DNA of 64,000 bases from Bythopirellula sp. (GTDB lineage Bacteria; Planctomycetota; Planctomycetia; Pirellulales; Lacipirellulaceae), in NCBI GenBank assembly GCA_965216565.1, contig OZ244170.1, forward strand, positions 384,001-448,000. Direction: 5' to 3'. The translations under genes were made by a program, and so were the position numbers. How positions within the stretch are numbered: the stretch's first letter is position 1; every line of letters begins with the position of its first letter. The notes beneath the pieces are model-generated. The model was not told where the DNA came from. It ran no database searches and saw only the letters and a program-made list of their open reading frames with translations. Shown piece by piece: positions 29,614 to 38,216 of this stretch.

Positions 29614-32445
29614 CTATTTGTCGTACGAGGTGTCGTGTGTAGGGGGCAGAACTTTTGGAGGAGCATTTTGTTCAGCGATTGAGGCAGCCAACTCATGGGC
29701 CATCTCTTGTCGCCGTGATCTTTCAAGTTGAGACTTAAGCGGGCCATCAAGAGGCTGCTGAACAGGCTTATTCTCGTAGTCATATTTTGGTGGAGCTAGG
29801 GTTCCTCGTGCTAACTGGGTAAGAACTTCGCCAGCACTGTGTTCCGTCGTGTATAGGTTAAGGGTCTTTTTGTGGCGACTCCCTTGAACATAGCTCATTT
29901 CTTTATCTGTCATTGAGTCCCCAAGTGCCACATACATGTTATCGATTGTTGCCCCTTGAAGTTTATGCACTGTATCTGCGTAGCTAAGGCGAAAAGCGGG
30001 GCGTTGATCGTGCTTATCCGGTTTGGCAAACTTGGTTCGACCGATGATTGTTTCTAAAGGGATGAGGCGAATATCATCATCGTTGGGCCTGTATTTGAAT
30101 GTAGGTTTTTCAGGGGCTTGCCTTAAAAGCTGGATTGCTGAGTGCTTGAGTAGCTCTGTCGCCTTTGTCTTTAGGGATTTTTTCGGCACGTCAATTTTCA
30201 CCGCGATCGCTTTAGTCCAGCCCCAATCTCGAATCCCAAGGATAATGCCCTCATCGCCGTTAAAGACTCGAAGCTTTCGTGAGTTCTTCTGGAACTTGAT
30301 TTTATCGCCCACATAGAAAGTAGTGTCATCGAACATTAACCGCTTCTTAGACTCTAGTTGACCTGCTTTGAGCCTGACTTGCTGTGCCGCAAGGTTTAAG
30401 GCATCAACTTGTTTGTTGGTTGAGGCAGCAATGACATGGCTGTCTGGATCTTCCGCACCACCTGCCTTCTCCCAATCTTTGATAATCTTCTCTTCTAGTT
30501 CGTGTGAGGTCTCAGAGACATTAAGAAACCCTTTTTCAGCATATGCTCTAAGGAAATCCTCAACTCTTGCCTCAGAGATGTCTATTGTGGCTTTTTTAGC
30601 CCAGTCTTTTTCTTGACGTTCAACTTTGACCAGCTTACTGCTTCCAAACATGTTGATGATTTGAGTAAACGCAGCACCGGGACCAACAGGAGGGAGTTGC
30701 TTATCGTCACCAACAACGATGAGGCGGGCACCTTGTTCCTCAACAGCTTTAACTAGTAGCTGCATGTCGCCTGTTGTAACCATGCTTGCTTCATCAAGCA
30801 CTAACACCTTCTTTTGGGATAGTTTTAGTTTCTCACGTTTGTAGGTCCACTTCTTTCGTGCAGCACGAGTCAGTTGTCGTAAGTGATGCTTTACTAGGTA
30901 TTTCTTCTCTGGGTAGATCTGCAAAAGTCGCATTTTGAGCGTATCGGTTGGTATGCCAGCTCCAGCTTGTAGCTCCTGACGTGCTCTATGAGTAGGAGTG
31001 AGGCCGATTACCTCATAGCCTTGAGCCTCATAAGCTTGTCGTGTTGCCGCAAGCATGGTGGTCTTACCAGTACCAGCTAAACCCGTCACAACACGCACGG
31101 TAGCGTCACCTAATACGAGATGCTGTACAGCCTCTGCCTGTTCAGAATTAAGTTCGAGAGAGAAATCACTACCTTTTTTATCAACAAGTTGAATTGGCTT
31201 ACTAAGAAGCTTCTCAACCTTCTTCTTGGATAGCTGTACTAGCTTCCTATCTTTCAAGGTATTTAGAGATTCAGTTAGCAACCGCTCAGATTCAAGGGTT
31301 GAGCTAGTAGTGAAGTATTGCTCGAAACTTCTGGTTCCCAGGTTATGCAATCTGCTTGAGTCAGCAACTTCCTTGTCAAACTGAGAAAGGAAGTAATCTG
31401 GCGTAACGCCAGAAGCTTGTAGCTGATGAGCAACTTCAAGCATAAGGTCTTTACGCGAGAAGTAGCTCTTGATGCTTTCTAGTGACTCAACTCCTTCAGA
31501 AAGTGACCGCCGTAGCACTGAGTACCTATCTGTCTTAGCTCGCCCTTTGCCTAACAACTCGCGTGCTTTGGAAAGGGTGAAGCCTACTTCGCTAGACTCA
31601 TGCCGCCAGCGATCAAACAGTTCGCTTCTTGCAGGAACTACGTCCTTCACTGCCCGAGTGGCTAGATTTGCTAAGGCAGCAGCTGAAGCGGTCTCAACAC
31701 CTTTCTTCCCAAGTTCTTTCTCAATTTGCTTACGTCTTTTAGAGAATGCATCCCTAACATCTTTGGATATTCCGGCAACTTCAAAAGAAGTATCATTCTG
31801 CTCAATTGCTAATCCAAGTTCTTGCTCAAGTATGTGGGCGAACTCCAGCCTATAGATTGCACCAGCAAGCATCTTATGCTGGTAAAAGGGTTTGCTTAGA
31901 AGAGCGCGAACATTTGAATCGGGGCAGAATCCAAGATTGAGAAGTAGGCAGTGAGTATGAAGCTGTGGGTCGAGTGCTCGACTAGTACTATGCTCAAAAG
32001 CTGCTACTACTAGCTTTGCAGGAACCAGTTCAGAGCCACCTTTGCCAATACGTGCATACGCAACATTATCTTCTATATATTTTACCGCACGTCTTACGGC
32101 AGCTAAGTGAGCTTTCTGTAGTTTAGTTCGGGCATCCGGCTCCAGCTGTGCCCAAAGGACACTCACAGACTTAGGAGCGGAGAAGGTGAGATCCCAGCCT
32201 GGTTTTCGCTCTAGTTTGCCACTAGTTTTACCAGCGTTTTGAACCAACGCTTTACCCTCTGGGGAAAAGCCTCGCATTAGCTGCTTTAGCTGCTCAGGCT
32301 CAACTGTGCCACCTAGCTTCAGATGTCTACACCCTTCCCCTAGCCAACGGCCTTCAGGTTCACCACCTTCAAGGTAGTAATCCTCGACCGCTAGCGAGAG
32401 ATAATACTTTTCTCCGCCTAGCGACATGTGAGAAATCGAAAGCAT
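29614..32445 (-). CDS. MOBF relaxase-helicase (TrwC/TraI-like)
   Basis: KYY...EDYY, DLTFSAPKSVS, HSTSRALDPQLHTH, GLAGTGKT, LDEASM and GDDKQL motifs. Confidence 0.96.
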   Translation of the reverse strand: MLSISHMSLGGEKYYLSLAVEDYYLEGGEPEGRWLGEGCRHLKLGGTVEPEQLKQLMRGFSPEGKALVQNAGKTSGKLERKPGWDLTFSAPKSVSVLWAQLEPDARTKLQKAHLAAVRRAVKYIEDNVAYARIGKGGSELVPAKLVVAAFEHSTSRALDPQLHTHCLLLNLGFCPDSNVRALLSKPFYQHKMLAGAIYRLEFAHILEQELGLAIEQNDTSFEVAGISKDVRDAFSKRRKQIEKELGKKGVETASAAALANLATRAVKDVVPARSELFDRWRHESSEVGFTLSKARELLGKGRAKTDRYSVLRRSLSEGVESLESIKSYFSRKDLMLEVAHQLQASGVTPDYFLSQFDKEVADSSRLHNLGTRSFEQYFTTSSTLESERLLTESLNTLKDRKLVQLSKKKVEKLLSKPIQLVDKKGSDFSLELNSEQAEAVQHLVLGDATVRVVTGLAGTGKTTMLAATRQAYEAQGYEVIGLTPTHRARQELQAGAGIPTDTLKMRLLQIYPEKKYLVKHHLRQLTRAARKKWTYKREKLKLSQKKVLVLDEASMVTTGDMQLLVKAVEEQGARLIVVGDDKQLPPVGPGAAFTQIINMFGSSKLVKVERQEKDWAKKATIDISEARVEDFLRAYAEKGFLNVSETSHELEEKIIKDWEKAGGAEDPDSHVIAASTNKQVDALNLAAQQVRLKAGQLESKKRLMFDDTTFYVGDKIKFQKNSRKLRVFNGDEGIILGIRDWGWTKAIAVKIDVPKKSLKTKATELLKHSAIQLLRQAPEKPTFKYRPNDDDIRLIPLETIIGRTKFAKPDKHDQRPAFRLSYADTVHKLQGATIDNMYVALGDSMTDKEMSYVQGSRHKKTLNLYTTEHSAGEVLTQLARGTLAPPKYDYENKPVQQPLDGPLKSQLERSRRQEMAHELAASIAEQNAPPKVLPPTHDTSYDK

Positions 32446-32454
32446 CTCTTCTAA

Positions 32455-32958
32455 CTACTTTTCTGGTGGTGCCGACCTCCTGGTCTTCTTAGGTACAGCG
32501 GCATCTGCCATTGATGCTGCCATCGCTATCCATTCTTGCTGTGGTTTCTTCTCGTACGCTGCTGGTCGCAGGTGTTTTAACAGGGTAAATAATGCTCTTC
32601 CTAAGTCCCCCCTAGAAATTAGATTTTCAGCATCAGGAGTCTGAGACTGATTCCGAGGTTCAGCATCCTGAAGCTTCACTAAACCAGTTATTACAGCCTC
32701 AGCGTGGGACTTCTGAACTTTGCGAAGGGACTCCTGCTCTCGTCGGATTTGAACAACATCATCAAACAATTGTTCAAACTGGTCTCTGACGGCCTTAACT
32801 TCATGGAAGAGCTGGCTATCTTGCTCATCTTCTAGAAGATGGCTACTCATGATCTGCTCTGTGTATTTAGTCTTTGACAGGCCTGCAGCAGCAGCCCGTT
32901 TTAGGAGGATATTGTGAGCATCTTCTGGGAGTCGATATGAGGTTGAGTGGGATGCCAT
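32455..32958 (-). CDS. Ribbon-helix-helix relaxosome accessory protein (TrwA/MobC-like)
   Basis: STSYRLPEDAHNILLKRAAAAGLSKTKY RHH pattern directly upstream of the relaxase. Confidence 0.65.
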   Translation of the reverse strand: MASHSTSYRLPEDAHNILLKRAAAAGLSKTKYTEQIMSSHLLEDEQDSQLFHEVKAVRDQFEQLFDDVVQIRREQESLRKVQKSHAEAVITGLVKLQDAEPRNQSQTPDAENLISRGDLGRALFTLLKHLRPAAYEKKPQQEWIAMAASMADAAVPKKTRRSAPPEK

Positions 32959-32969
32959 GCTGCACACCC

Positions 32970-33360
32970 TGTATACGCCTAGAAAATAGGGATATTCTTA
33001 GTGAAGAGGACTATTCTGTGTGCAAGTTGCACCCAGCCTAAACCTAACCAATAGCGAAGCATGCGACAAGAATGTAAACAAAAAGCGGTACCGTAGGTGC
33101 ATTCAGGTGTGGAGTATTCTGTGAGTGAAACGAGCAGAATACTCAGTTAGGCAATTGGCAGTGGAGGTGCCAATTGCAGTGCCGAGCAAGGATTGTGAGG
33201 CACGTAAGCTAAGGCTGATATGGAGGCCAGAGGAGGGGAGTTCCAGGCCTTCAGAGTGGGGCTCTGAAGGCCTGATTAACTGTGGGCCAATGAAGACAAA
33301 GACATGAGTATAGGGTGCGTAAGGGGGCAAGCTAGAGCTAGCAACGGAGTGCCTATGGGC
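32970..33360 (+). other. Putative oriT with candidate nic site at 33110/33111
   Basis: Short hairpin GTACC-GTA-GGTGC followed by ATTCAGGTGT^GG, plus several inverted repeats, upstream of RHH-relaxase. Confidence 0.6.
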
Positions 33361-33363
33361 TAG

Positions 33364-33807
33364 CTATCTGGGGCGAGCTGGAGCAGTTGAGTCGGCAAGT
33401 TCAGCTAAGCTATAGGAGCCGCCGTCATTGGCAAATTCTGGCTCAGAGAGTGCCTCAGTAAACCTTAGTGAGAGCCCCATTTTGGATTTGCCCTGGCTAG
33501 TGATGATTTCTTCTACCTTGGGCTTTAGCTCATCTTCTGTGAAGTTTTCACCATTAGCAAGCAAGGCCGAGATAGCTTCTACGACATCCTTCCTAGTAGG
33601 AGACGGCTTACCAGGGGAACGCTTCTTCCTACTCCCCGCCGTTTTCTTAATCGGCTTAGAGCTTAAAGCTGCAACACCTTCCTCAATTTGTGTTAGCTCC
33701 ACTAGAAGCTCACCCTCACGGGCTTTAACTTCCGTAAGCTCCGACAGTAGTCGCTCTCGTTCCTTCTCAAGCATAGACACTGCATCATCAATTACCTTAG
33801 TAGCCAT
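33364..33807 (-). CDS. Coiled-coil + basic linker + putative winged-helix protein
   Basis: RBS GAGGAG; heptad N-terminus, KKTAGSRKKR linker, helical C-domain. Confidence 0.7.
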   Translation of the reverse strand: MATKVIDDAVSMLEKERERLLSELTEVKAREGELLVELTQIEEGVAALSSKPIKKTAGSRKKRSPGKPSPTRKDVVEAISALLANGENFTEDELKPKVEEIITSQGKSKMGLSLRFTEALSEPEFANDGGSYSLAELADSTAPARPR

Positions 33808-33965
33808 GAGATTAGGCTCCTCAGAAATAGGAGTAGGTGGCTTTGGTTTGGGAACAATTTCAGTGTAGTTAGGGGGATTGGTAATGAGAAGTAGCAAGAG
33901 TGCTATTAAAGGAAAATAATCGAAAGGGGAGGGAAGCCTCGCGGCCTCCCTCGGAACTAACTGAT

Positions 33966-34253
33966 TTAAGCAAGCAAGCCCATATTGCGAAGCATTCGCC
34001 GTACGCTGAGTGGATTTAGTCCAAAGAACTCACACACCACCTCAAAGGCAAGTGGTTCATTACTATTTGATTGAAACCAATCAACAGCCGACTGAAAGGC
34101 CTTTCCATGTTTAAAAGCTAGGTCACGCACAGCCCTATCAGTCACCCGAACCAGCAATTTATGTTCTGGTAGGCTGGGGCCTTTAAAGTGAATTGCCTCT
34201 AAGATGGTTAATGTACTTTCATGAAGGTCTAGTTTTTCTTGGGCTCCTACCAT
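33966..34253 (-). CDS. Small phage/MGE-type hypothetical protein
   Basis: PEHKLL...RAVRD...AVDWF...FEVVCEFFGLNP pattern; RBS GGAGG; translationally coupled. Confidence 0.75.
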   Translation of the reverse strand: MVGAQEKLDLHESTLTILEAIHFKGPSLPEHKLLVRVTDRAVRDLAFKHGKAFQSAVDWFQSNSNEPLAFEVVCEFFGLNPLSVRRMLRNMGLLA

Positions 34254-34564
34254 TTCAACATACCTCCCAATAGAGCTAGGTTGCGAAGGCGAGAACCAAC
34301 AGTGTGCAACTTCTCGGCTACGCCCTTACAAAGAGCCTGGAAGTACAAAGAACGGACAAGCTTACAAACGGCACCTATAGAGCAATAAAGAGAATCATAT
34401 AGCTCCGTAAGTTGGCTATTGAACTCATGGCAGACCTGAGCATTCAGGTCACCTATATAGCGATGAAAATCAATCTCTGTCTCATAGGCTAGTTGTATTT
34501 CAGCTAGTTGCCGCTGAAGTTCTTCTTGTAGTACTGCGAGATGTTCTCCTGAATATTGATGCAT
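34247..34564 (-). CDS. Helical hypothetical protein (paralogue of 34615..34920)
   Basis: EIDFHRYIGDLNAQVC vs EIERHRVQGSLDAFTC; RBS AGGAG. Confidence 0.75.
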   Translation of the reverse strand: MHQYSGEHLAVLQEELQRQLAEIQLAYETEIDFHRYIGDLNAQVCHEFNSQLTELYDSLYCSIGAVCKLVRSLYFQALCKGVAEKLHTVGSRLRNLALLGGMLKW

Positions 34565-34569
34565 AGTAG

Positions 34570-34618
34570 ATACTCCTAAAAAAAGTGGCTGGGTAAATCC
34601 CAGCCAGATATTGCTTAG
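34570..34618 (-). repeat. Intergenic hairpin-RBS repeat, copy 1
   Basis: ATACTCCT...GGCTGGG-loop-CCCAGCCAGATATTGCTTAG. Confidence 0.85.
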
Positions 34619-34920
34619 CCTCTTAGAACTAACCTGCTAACCAAGTGCTTTCGTAAGTCAATCATGGCCTCAGTTACCACACGCAACACAAACCTGCGTG
34701 AAATAACAAGGGCCTTAGACTTTATCTCCTTGCTTGATTTCTGCAGAAGGTTGTGGACACCAAAGAGTTCTTTTTTTAGCCTTCTGCAAGTAAAGGCATC
34801 TAGTGAGCCTTGAACCCTATGGCGTTCTATCTCACCCTCTACCGAATGAAGAATGCCTAAAAGCTCGTGCTCAACTGAAGCTATCTGGCGACGTAAATGG
34901 ATTATGTTTTCTCTGTTCAT
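34615..34920 (-). CDS. Helical hypothetical protein (paralogue of 34247..34564)
   Basis: Shared motif with 34247..34564; RBS AAGGAG. Confidence 0.75.
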   Translation of the reverse strand: MNRENIIHLRRQIASVEHELLGILHSVEGEIERHRVQGSLDAFTCRRLKKELFGVHNLLQKSSKEIKSKALVISRRFVLRVVTEAMIDLRKHLVSRLVLRG

Positions 34921-34923
34921 CGA

Positions 34924-34979
34924 ATACTCCTTAAGAAAGTAAAGAAGGCTGGGCCGAAACCCAGCCAGGTATTGCTTAG
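34924..34979 (-). repeat. Intergenic hairpin-RBS repeat, copy 2
   Basis: ATACTCCT...GGCTGGG-loop-CCCAGCCAGGTATTGCTTAG. Confidence 0.85.
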
Positions 34980-35371
34980 GCGGTTACATCTGAAGGTGCT
35001 ACGTAGGCCGAACCAGCAAGAGAAGTATCCACTGATGGAGGTAGCTGTTGTGGACTAAGCTTATTCTTTAGCTCTCTAATCTTTTCCTTGGCTTTGTAAG
35101 CAGCCTCAATCACCTCATCTAGCTCATCCTCAGAGACAGAACAGGGCTTGAACTGCCCTGTGTTCTCATCCTTGTACCAACGAACAATAGGTGAGGCCTT
35201 GTAGTAGACAGAGCCATCTTGCTTGTTGATGTTCTCAAAGATTCTCACCTTAAAGCGGCCTACTTTGACAAAAGGCGTTTCCCCTGTCGCTTGTCCCGCT
35301 TCGCCTCTTCCATTATCAGCTAGACCGTTGTTTGAGTTTTTCTCTGCTGGGTTCTTCTGCGTATTTGTCAT
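34976..35371 (-). CDS. Hypothetical protein, possible PC4/YdbC-like ssDNA-binding fold
   Basis: VGRFKVRIFEN...YY...RWYKD...F...EDELDEVIEAA, beta strands then a helix; start reassigned to MTNTQ with RBS GGAG. Confidence 0.65.
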   Translation of the reverse strand: MTNTQKNPAEKNSNNGLADNGRGEAGQATGETPFVKVGRFKVRIFENINKQDGSVYYKASPIVRWYKDENTGQFKPCSVSEDELDEVIEAAYKAKEKIRELKNKLSPQQLPPSVDTSLAGSAYVAPSDVTA

Positions 35372-35377
35372 GGTGAA

Positions 35378-35573
35378 TTCTCCAATAAAATAAATAAAAG
35401 GTTTCATCTTCATGCGAGTTGAAAAGCGGGCCTGTTCTGGCTGTCAACAATTTTCGGCGGAGCGTAGCGAGCACTAAAAATGTTGAAGGCAACGATTAGA
35501 AGTAGCTGCCGCCAGCCAAAGAACAGGTCTGCTCAACTTGAGCAGTGAAAGGGAAACTTTTCTTTATGGAGAA
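35378..35573. promoter_or_regulatory. ~200-nt branched stem-loop, Frpo/ssi-like single-stranded promoter candidate
   Basis: Nested complementary arms; TTGACA on the minus strand inside the structure. Confidence 0.65.
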
Positions 35574-35773
35574 GGAGGAAGTGGCAAATACCTAGAGAAG
35601 CCAGGTGAACAGGAAAAACTCAAACAATGGGCACTCCAACCGCTTTTGTCTCCTCGTACGGTGATCTATCGAGTGGCTAGCAAGAAGATGCACCGATTAG
35701 AACTGCCTGGTGGATTGGTAGGTTCAAATTATGCGATGCATATTTTGAAGAGGTATGCATCTCACTCGCTGGG

Positions 35774-36136
35774 TTACCACCAAGAGTCATAGTAAACCAC
35801 GAGCCCATTTGAGATTGCTTTCCGAGCTTTAGCAATGAAATGTAAGTCATCCTCAATTTCAGTGCCGTCAGATATGCCAAAGAAGAACCCTGATGTCCAT
35901 GGAAGTCGTGATGATTTAATGTCCGACTCTAATCTTCCAAGGTCTTTAATCGTTAAGGCGACTTTTGCACAGTTAAACTGCTTAATGCCGCCTTTCTCAT
36001 AGTAAAGTTCCTCCATCCATCCGTGGAGGTCAGGGTGCTTTCGCCACTCGTGAAGACAGCGGTGCGGCTCAACATCAAAGTCCACTTCGTCAGTAATAAC
36101 ATCGGATGTTGTCCATGCGTACATATCAAGTCCCAT
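35774..36136 (-). CDS. Phage/MGE-type conserved hypothetical protein (MGLDMY...WRKH family)
   Basis: MGLDMYA, WRKHPDLHGW, FNC, GFFFG and YDSWW; RBS GGAGG. Confidence 0.85.
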   Translation of the reverse strand: MGLDMYAWTTSDVITDEVDFDVEPHRCLHEWRKHPDLHGWMEELYYEKGGIKQFNCAKVALTIKDLGRLESDIKSSRLPWTSGFFFGISDGTEIEDDLHFIAKARKAISNGLVVYYDSWW

Positions 36137-36316
36137 TTATTTCCTCCAAAAAAGTTTTGTCCTTACACCCACCGGGTGAGGACAAAACTAGAATCGAGGA
36201 CGCGAGCTTAGCGTGAGCTATTTGGAAATGGCGAGGTAGGGGAGAGAGCCATCGCATAGTCAATGAGAAGGGTTAGCACTAAAAACGAACTATGCCAGAA
36301 CCGTTTAGGCTACAAG

Positions 36317-36624
36317 ACAGAGAAAGCAACACGGAGTGAGCATCGAGCCGTGGCGGTTGCTATTGCAATGAAGCTGCCTTTTCGCAGTTAGGCGACCCAT
36401 TTTCATCGATAATGGTTTGAGCGAACCGTTATAGGTCCCCCCAGAAATGTCGTGCTCTGAAATCGCGAAGTATTAAACGAGCCTGGAACCATGTCAGTAG
36501 TGCTAAATAGCTGCACATGATCTGAACCAAAGCGACCATAGAGGATAGCTCCACAAATAAGAAGGACGAGATAGGCCCTAAGTTCCCGCTCAGCATTTGC
36601 TATTGCCTGAGTATTCACCTCCAT
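36317..36624 (-). pseudogene. Decayed duplicate of 37198..37508
   Basis: Nucleotide similarity over ~310 bp; protein similarity (LYGRF.S..VQLF) is lost after a frameshift. Confidence 0.8.
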
Positions 36625-36671
36625 TCGTATTCAATTCAACGTGAATTCCTACTTTTTTAGTCTCTCCCCTA

Positions 36672-36998
36672 TTAACTTGCATCATTAACAAGAGCTTTCT
36701 TTTCGTCTAGGAATTCTTGGGCAAGGGTTTCGAGTGCCATCCAGCAGTCGCAGTCTGAATACTCCTTCTCAATACACCGAGCGATTCGCTGCATGTCATC
36801 GTCAGTAAATGTTCGAGCGTCGTCTTTCGATAATACGCACAGCAGATCATTCCGGCAGAGGGACGAAATCTCAAATGGCTTGCTCCAAAAATGCACTTCA
36901 TCTGATACCGGCGAGGGTTTGCGGGTGGCAGCATCAGTGATTGCATCGATAGTTGCTTCTTCACTTTGGCTATTTTCCGTTAGTTTTTTAGTGGCCAT
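36672..36998 (-). CDS. Hypothetical protein (paralogue of 37251..37508)
   Basis: CRNDL...DMQRIAR...W..LE..AQ..LDEKK shared; RBS GAGGAG. Confidence 0.8.
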   Translation of the reverse strand: MATKKLTENSQSEEATIDAITDAATRKPSPVSDEVHFWSKPFEISSLCRNDLLCVLSKDDARTFTDDDMQRIARCIEKEYSDCDCWMALETLAQEFLDEKKALVNDAS

Positions 36999-37250
36999 TT
37001 AATACTCCTCAATTGGATATCAATGTTTGCCCTTCTAGGTGATGTAGTTTTCATTTTGCAGTTCCTAAATAAGAATAGTCCTTTCGCCTCTTGGGGAAGG
37101 ACTATTCTGCCTAATAAGTCGGATACGATGCTGGAGAGCATTTCATTATTATGGTGAGAATCAAGGAACGACGTTGCATAGCAATGCACGTTAAAGAACA
37201 GAGAAAGCAACACGGAGTGAGGCATCGAGCCGTGGCGGTTGCTATTTCGA

Positions 37251-37508
37251 TTAAGCTGCCTCTTTGAAGTTAGGCGACTTTTTTTCATCGAGTATGGTTT
37301 GTGCGAACCGTTCTAGGTCGTTCCAGAAATGCCGTGCTCTGTAGGCATCGTGCATTAAACGAGCCAAGCGAAGCATATCGGGATAGGTAAACAGCTGCAC
37401 ATCAACCGAATCAAAGCGACCATAAAGATCAGCTCTGCAAATCGAAATCACCGGATAGGCTTTAAGCTCAATTTCAACGTCTGTTGCTGCCTGAGTATCT
37501 TTCTTCAT
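37251..37508 (-). CDS. Hypothetical protein (paralogue of 36672..36998)
   Basis: CRADL...DMLRLAR...W..LE..AQ..LDEKK; RBS GGGAG. Confidence 0.8.
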   Translation of the reverse strand: MKKDTQAATDVEIELKAYPVISICRADLYGRFDSVDVQLFTYPDMLRLARLMHDAYRARHFWNDLERFAQTILDEKKSPNFKEAA

Positions 37509-37541
37509 CGTTCACTCCCAAATTACAGTCGCTCCGCGTCG

Positions 37542-38216
37542 CTATTTCTTTCTTTTCCGAAGCACAAGGCATACATCATGAACTCTCGGTATGAATGAGA
37601 AATGATACGTGCGGTTAGTGGAAGTAGCTCCGTGACTAAGCCGAATAATCTCTGGACACGCCAGCTCAAGCCCTACTTGTGTTGCTACACACCACGTGCG
37701 AAATGGAAGGGCATCGTAAGAGCCTCGGCAGGTTCTATCACCAATTAGAATTGCAATATGGCCGTATGGAGAAAGCGTGTCTGCACAATTTTGTAAGACT
37801 GCTTTTAGTTTTACTAGAAACGAGTTCACGTCTTTGCAGCGAGACAAACATCTTGGGTCATCTTGGTACTTGATCAAAGTGTGATAGGGAGGGTGAAGCC
37901 ACACCATATCAAACTCTAGTAAGCCACTAAAGCTACTTGGCTCAGCTGCATCAAAGTCATCTTTTAAGTCAAATCCTTGATAGCGAATATCGAGAGACTC
38001 TGCGACATCCCGTGCAGTGCCTCCCCCTTGCATTGGGTCAAGTAGGTTTCGAGGTTTGAAGTAGTTGAGTAGGTCTCTAATCAGGAGCCCCGAACAATTA
38101 CCGCGATAACTTGGGTCGCCAAAATCACCTCTACCTTCTTCAGCATGGATACTGCATAGCGTTGGAACAGGGCTTGTAGTATTCGGAATTTCAAGAGGGA
38201 CTGTTAGTGTCGTCAT
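37542..38216 (-). CDS. Orphan N4-C/N6-A DNA methyltransferase
   Basis: LDPMQGGGT SAM-binding motif and HPPY catalytic motif; start reassigned to MTTLT with RBS GGAG. Confidence 0.85.
   Translation of the reverse strand: MTTLTVPLEIPNTTSPVPTLCSIHAEEGRGDFGDPSYRGNCSGLLIRDLLNYFKPRNLLDPMQGGGTARDVAESLDIRYQGFDLKDDFDAAEPSSFSGLLEFDMVWLHPPYHTLIKYQDDPRCLSRCKDVNSFLVKLKAVLQNCADTLSPYGHIAILIGDRTCRGSYDALPFRTWCVATQVGLELACPEIIRLSHGATSTNRTYHFSFIPRVHDVCLVLRKRKK

Noticed and set aside
35538..35792. 84-aa + strand ORF in the leading region
   Set aside because: It starts inside the large stem-loop, opposes all neighbouring genes and has no motif
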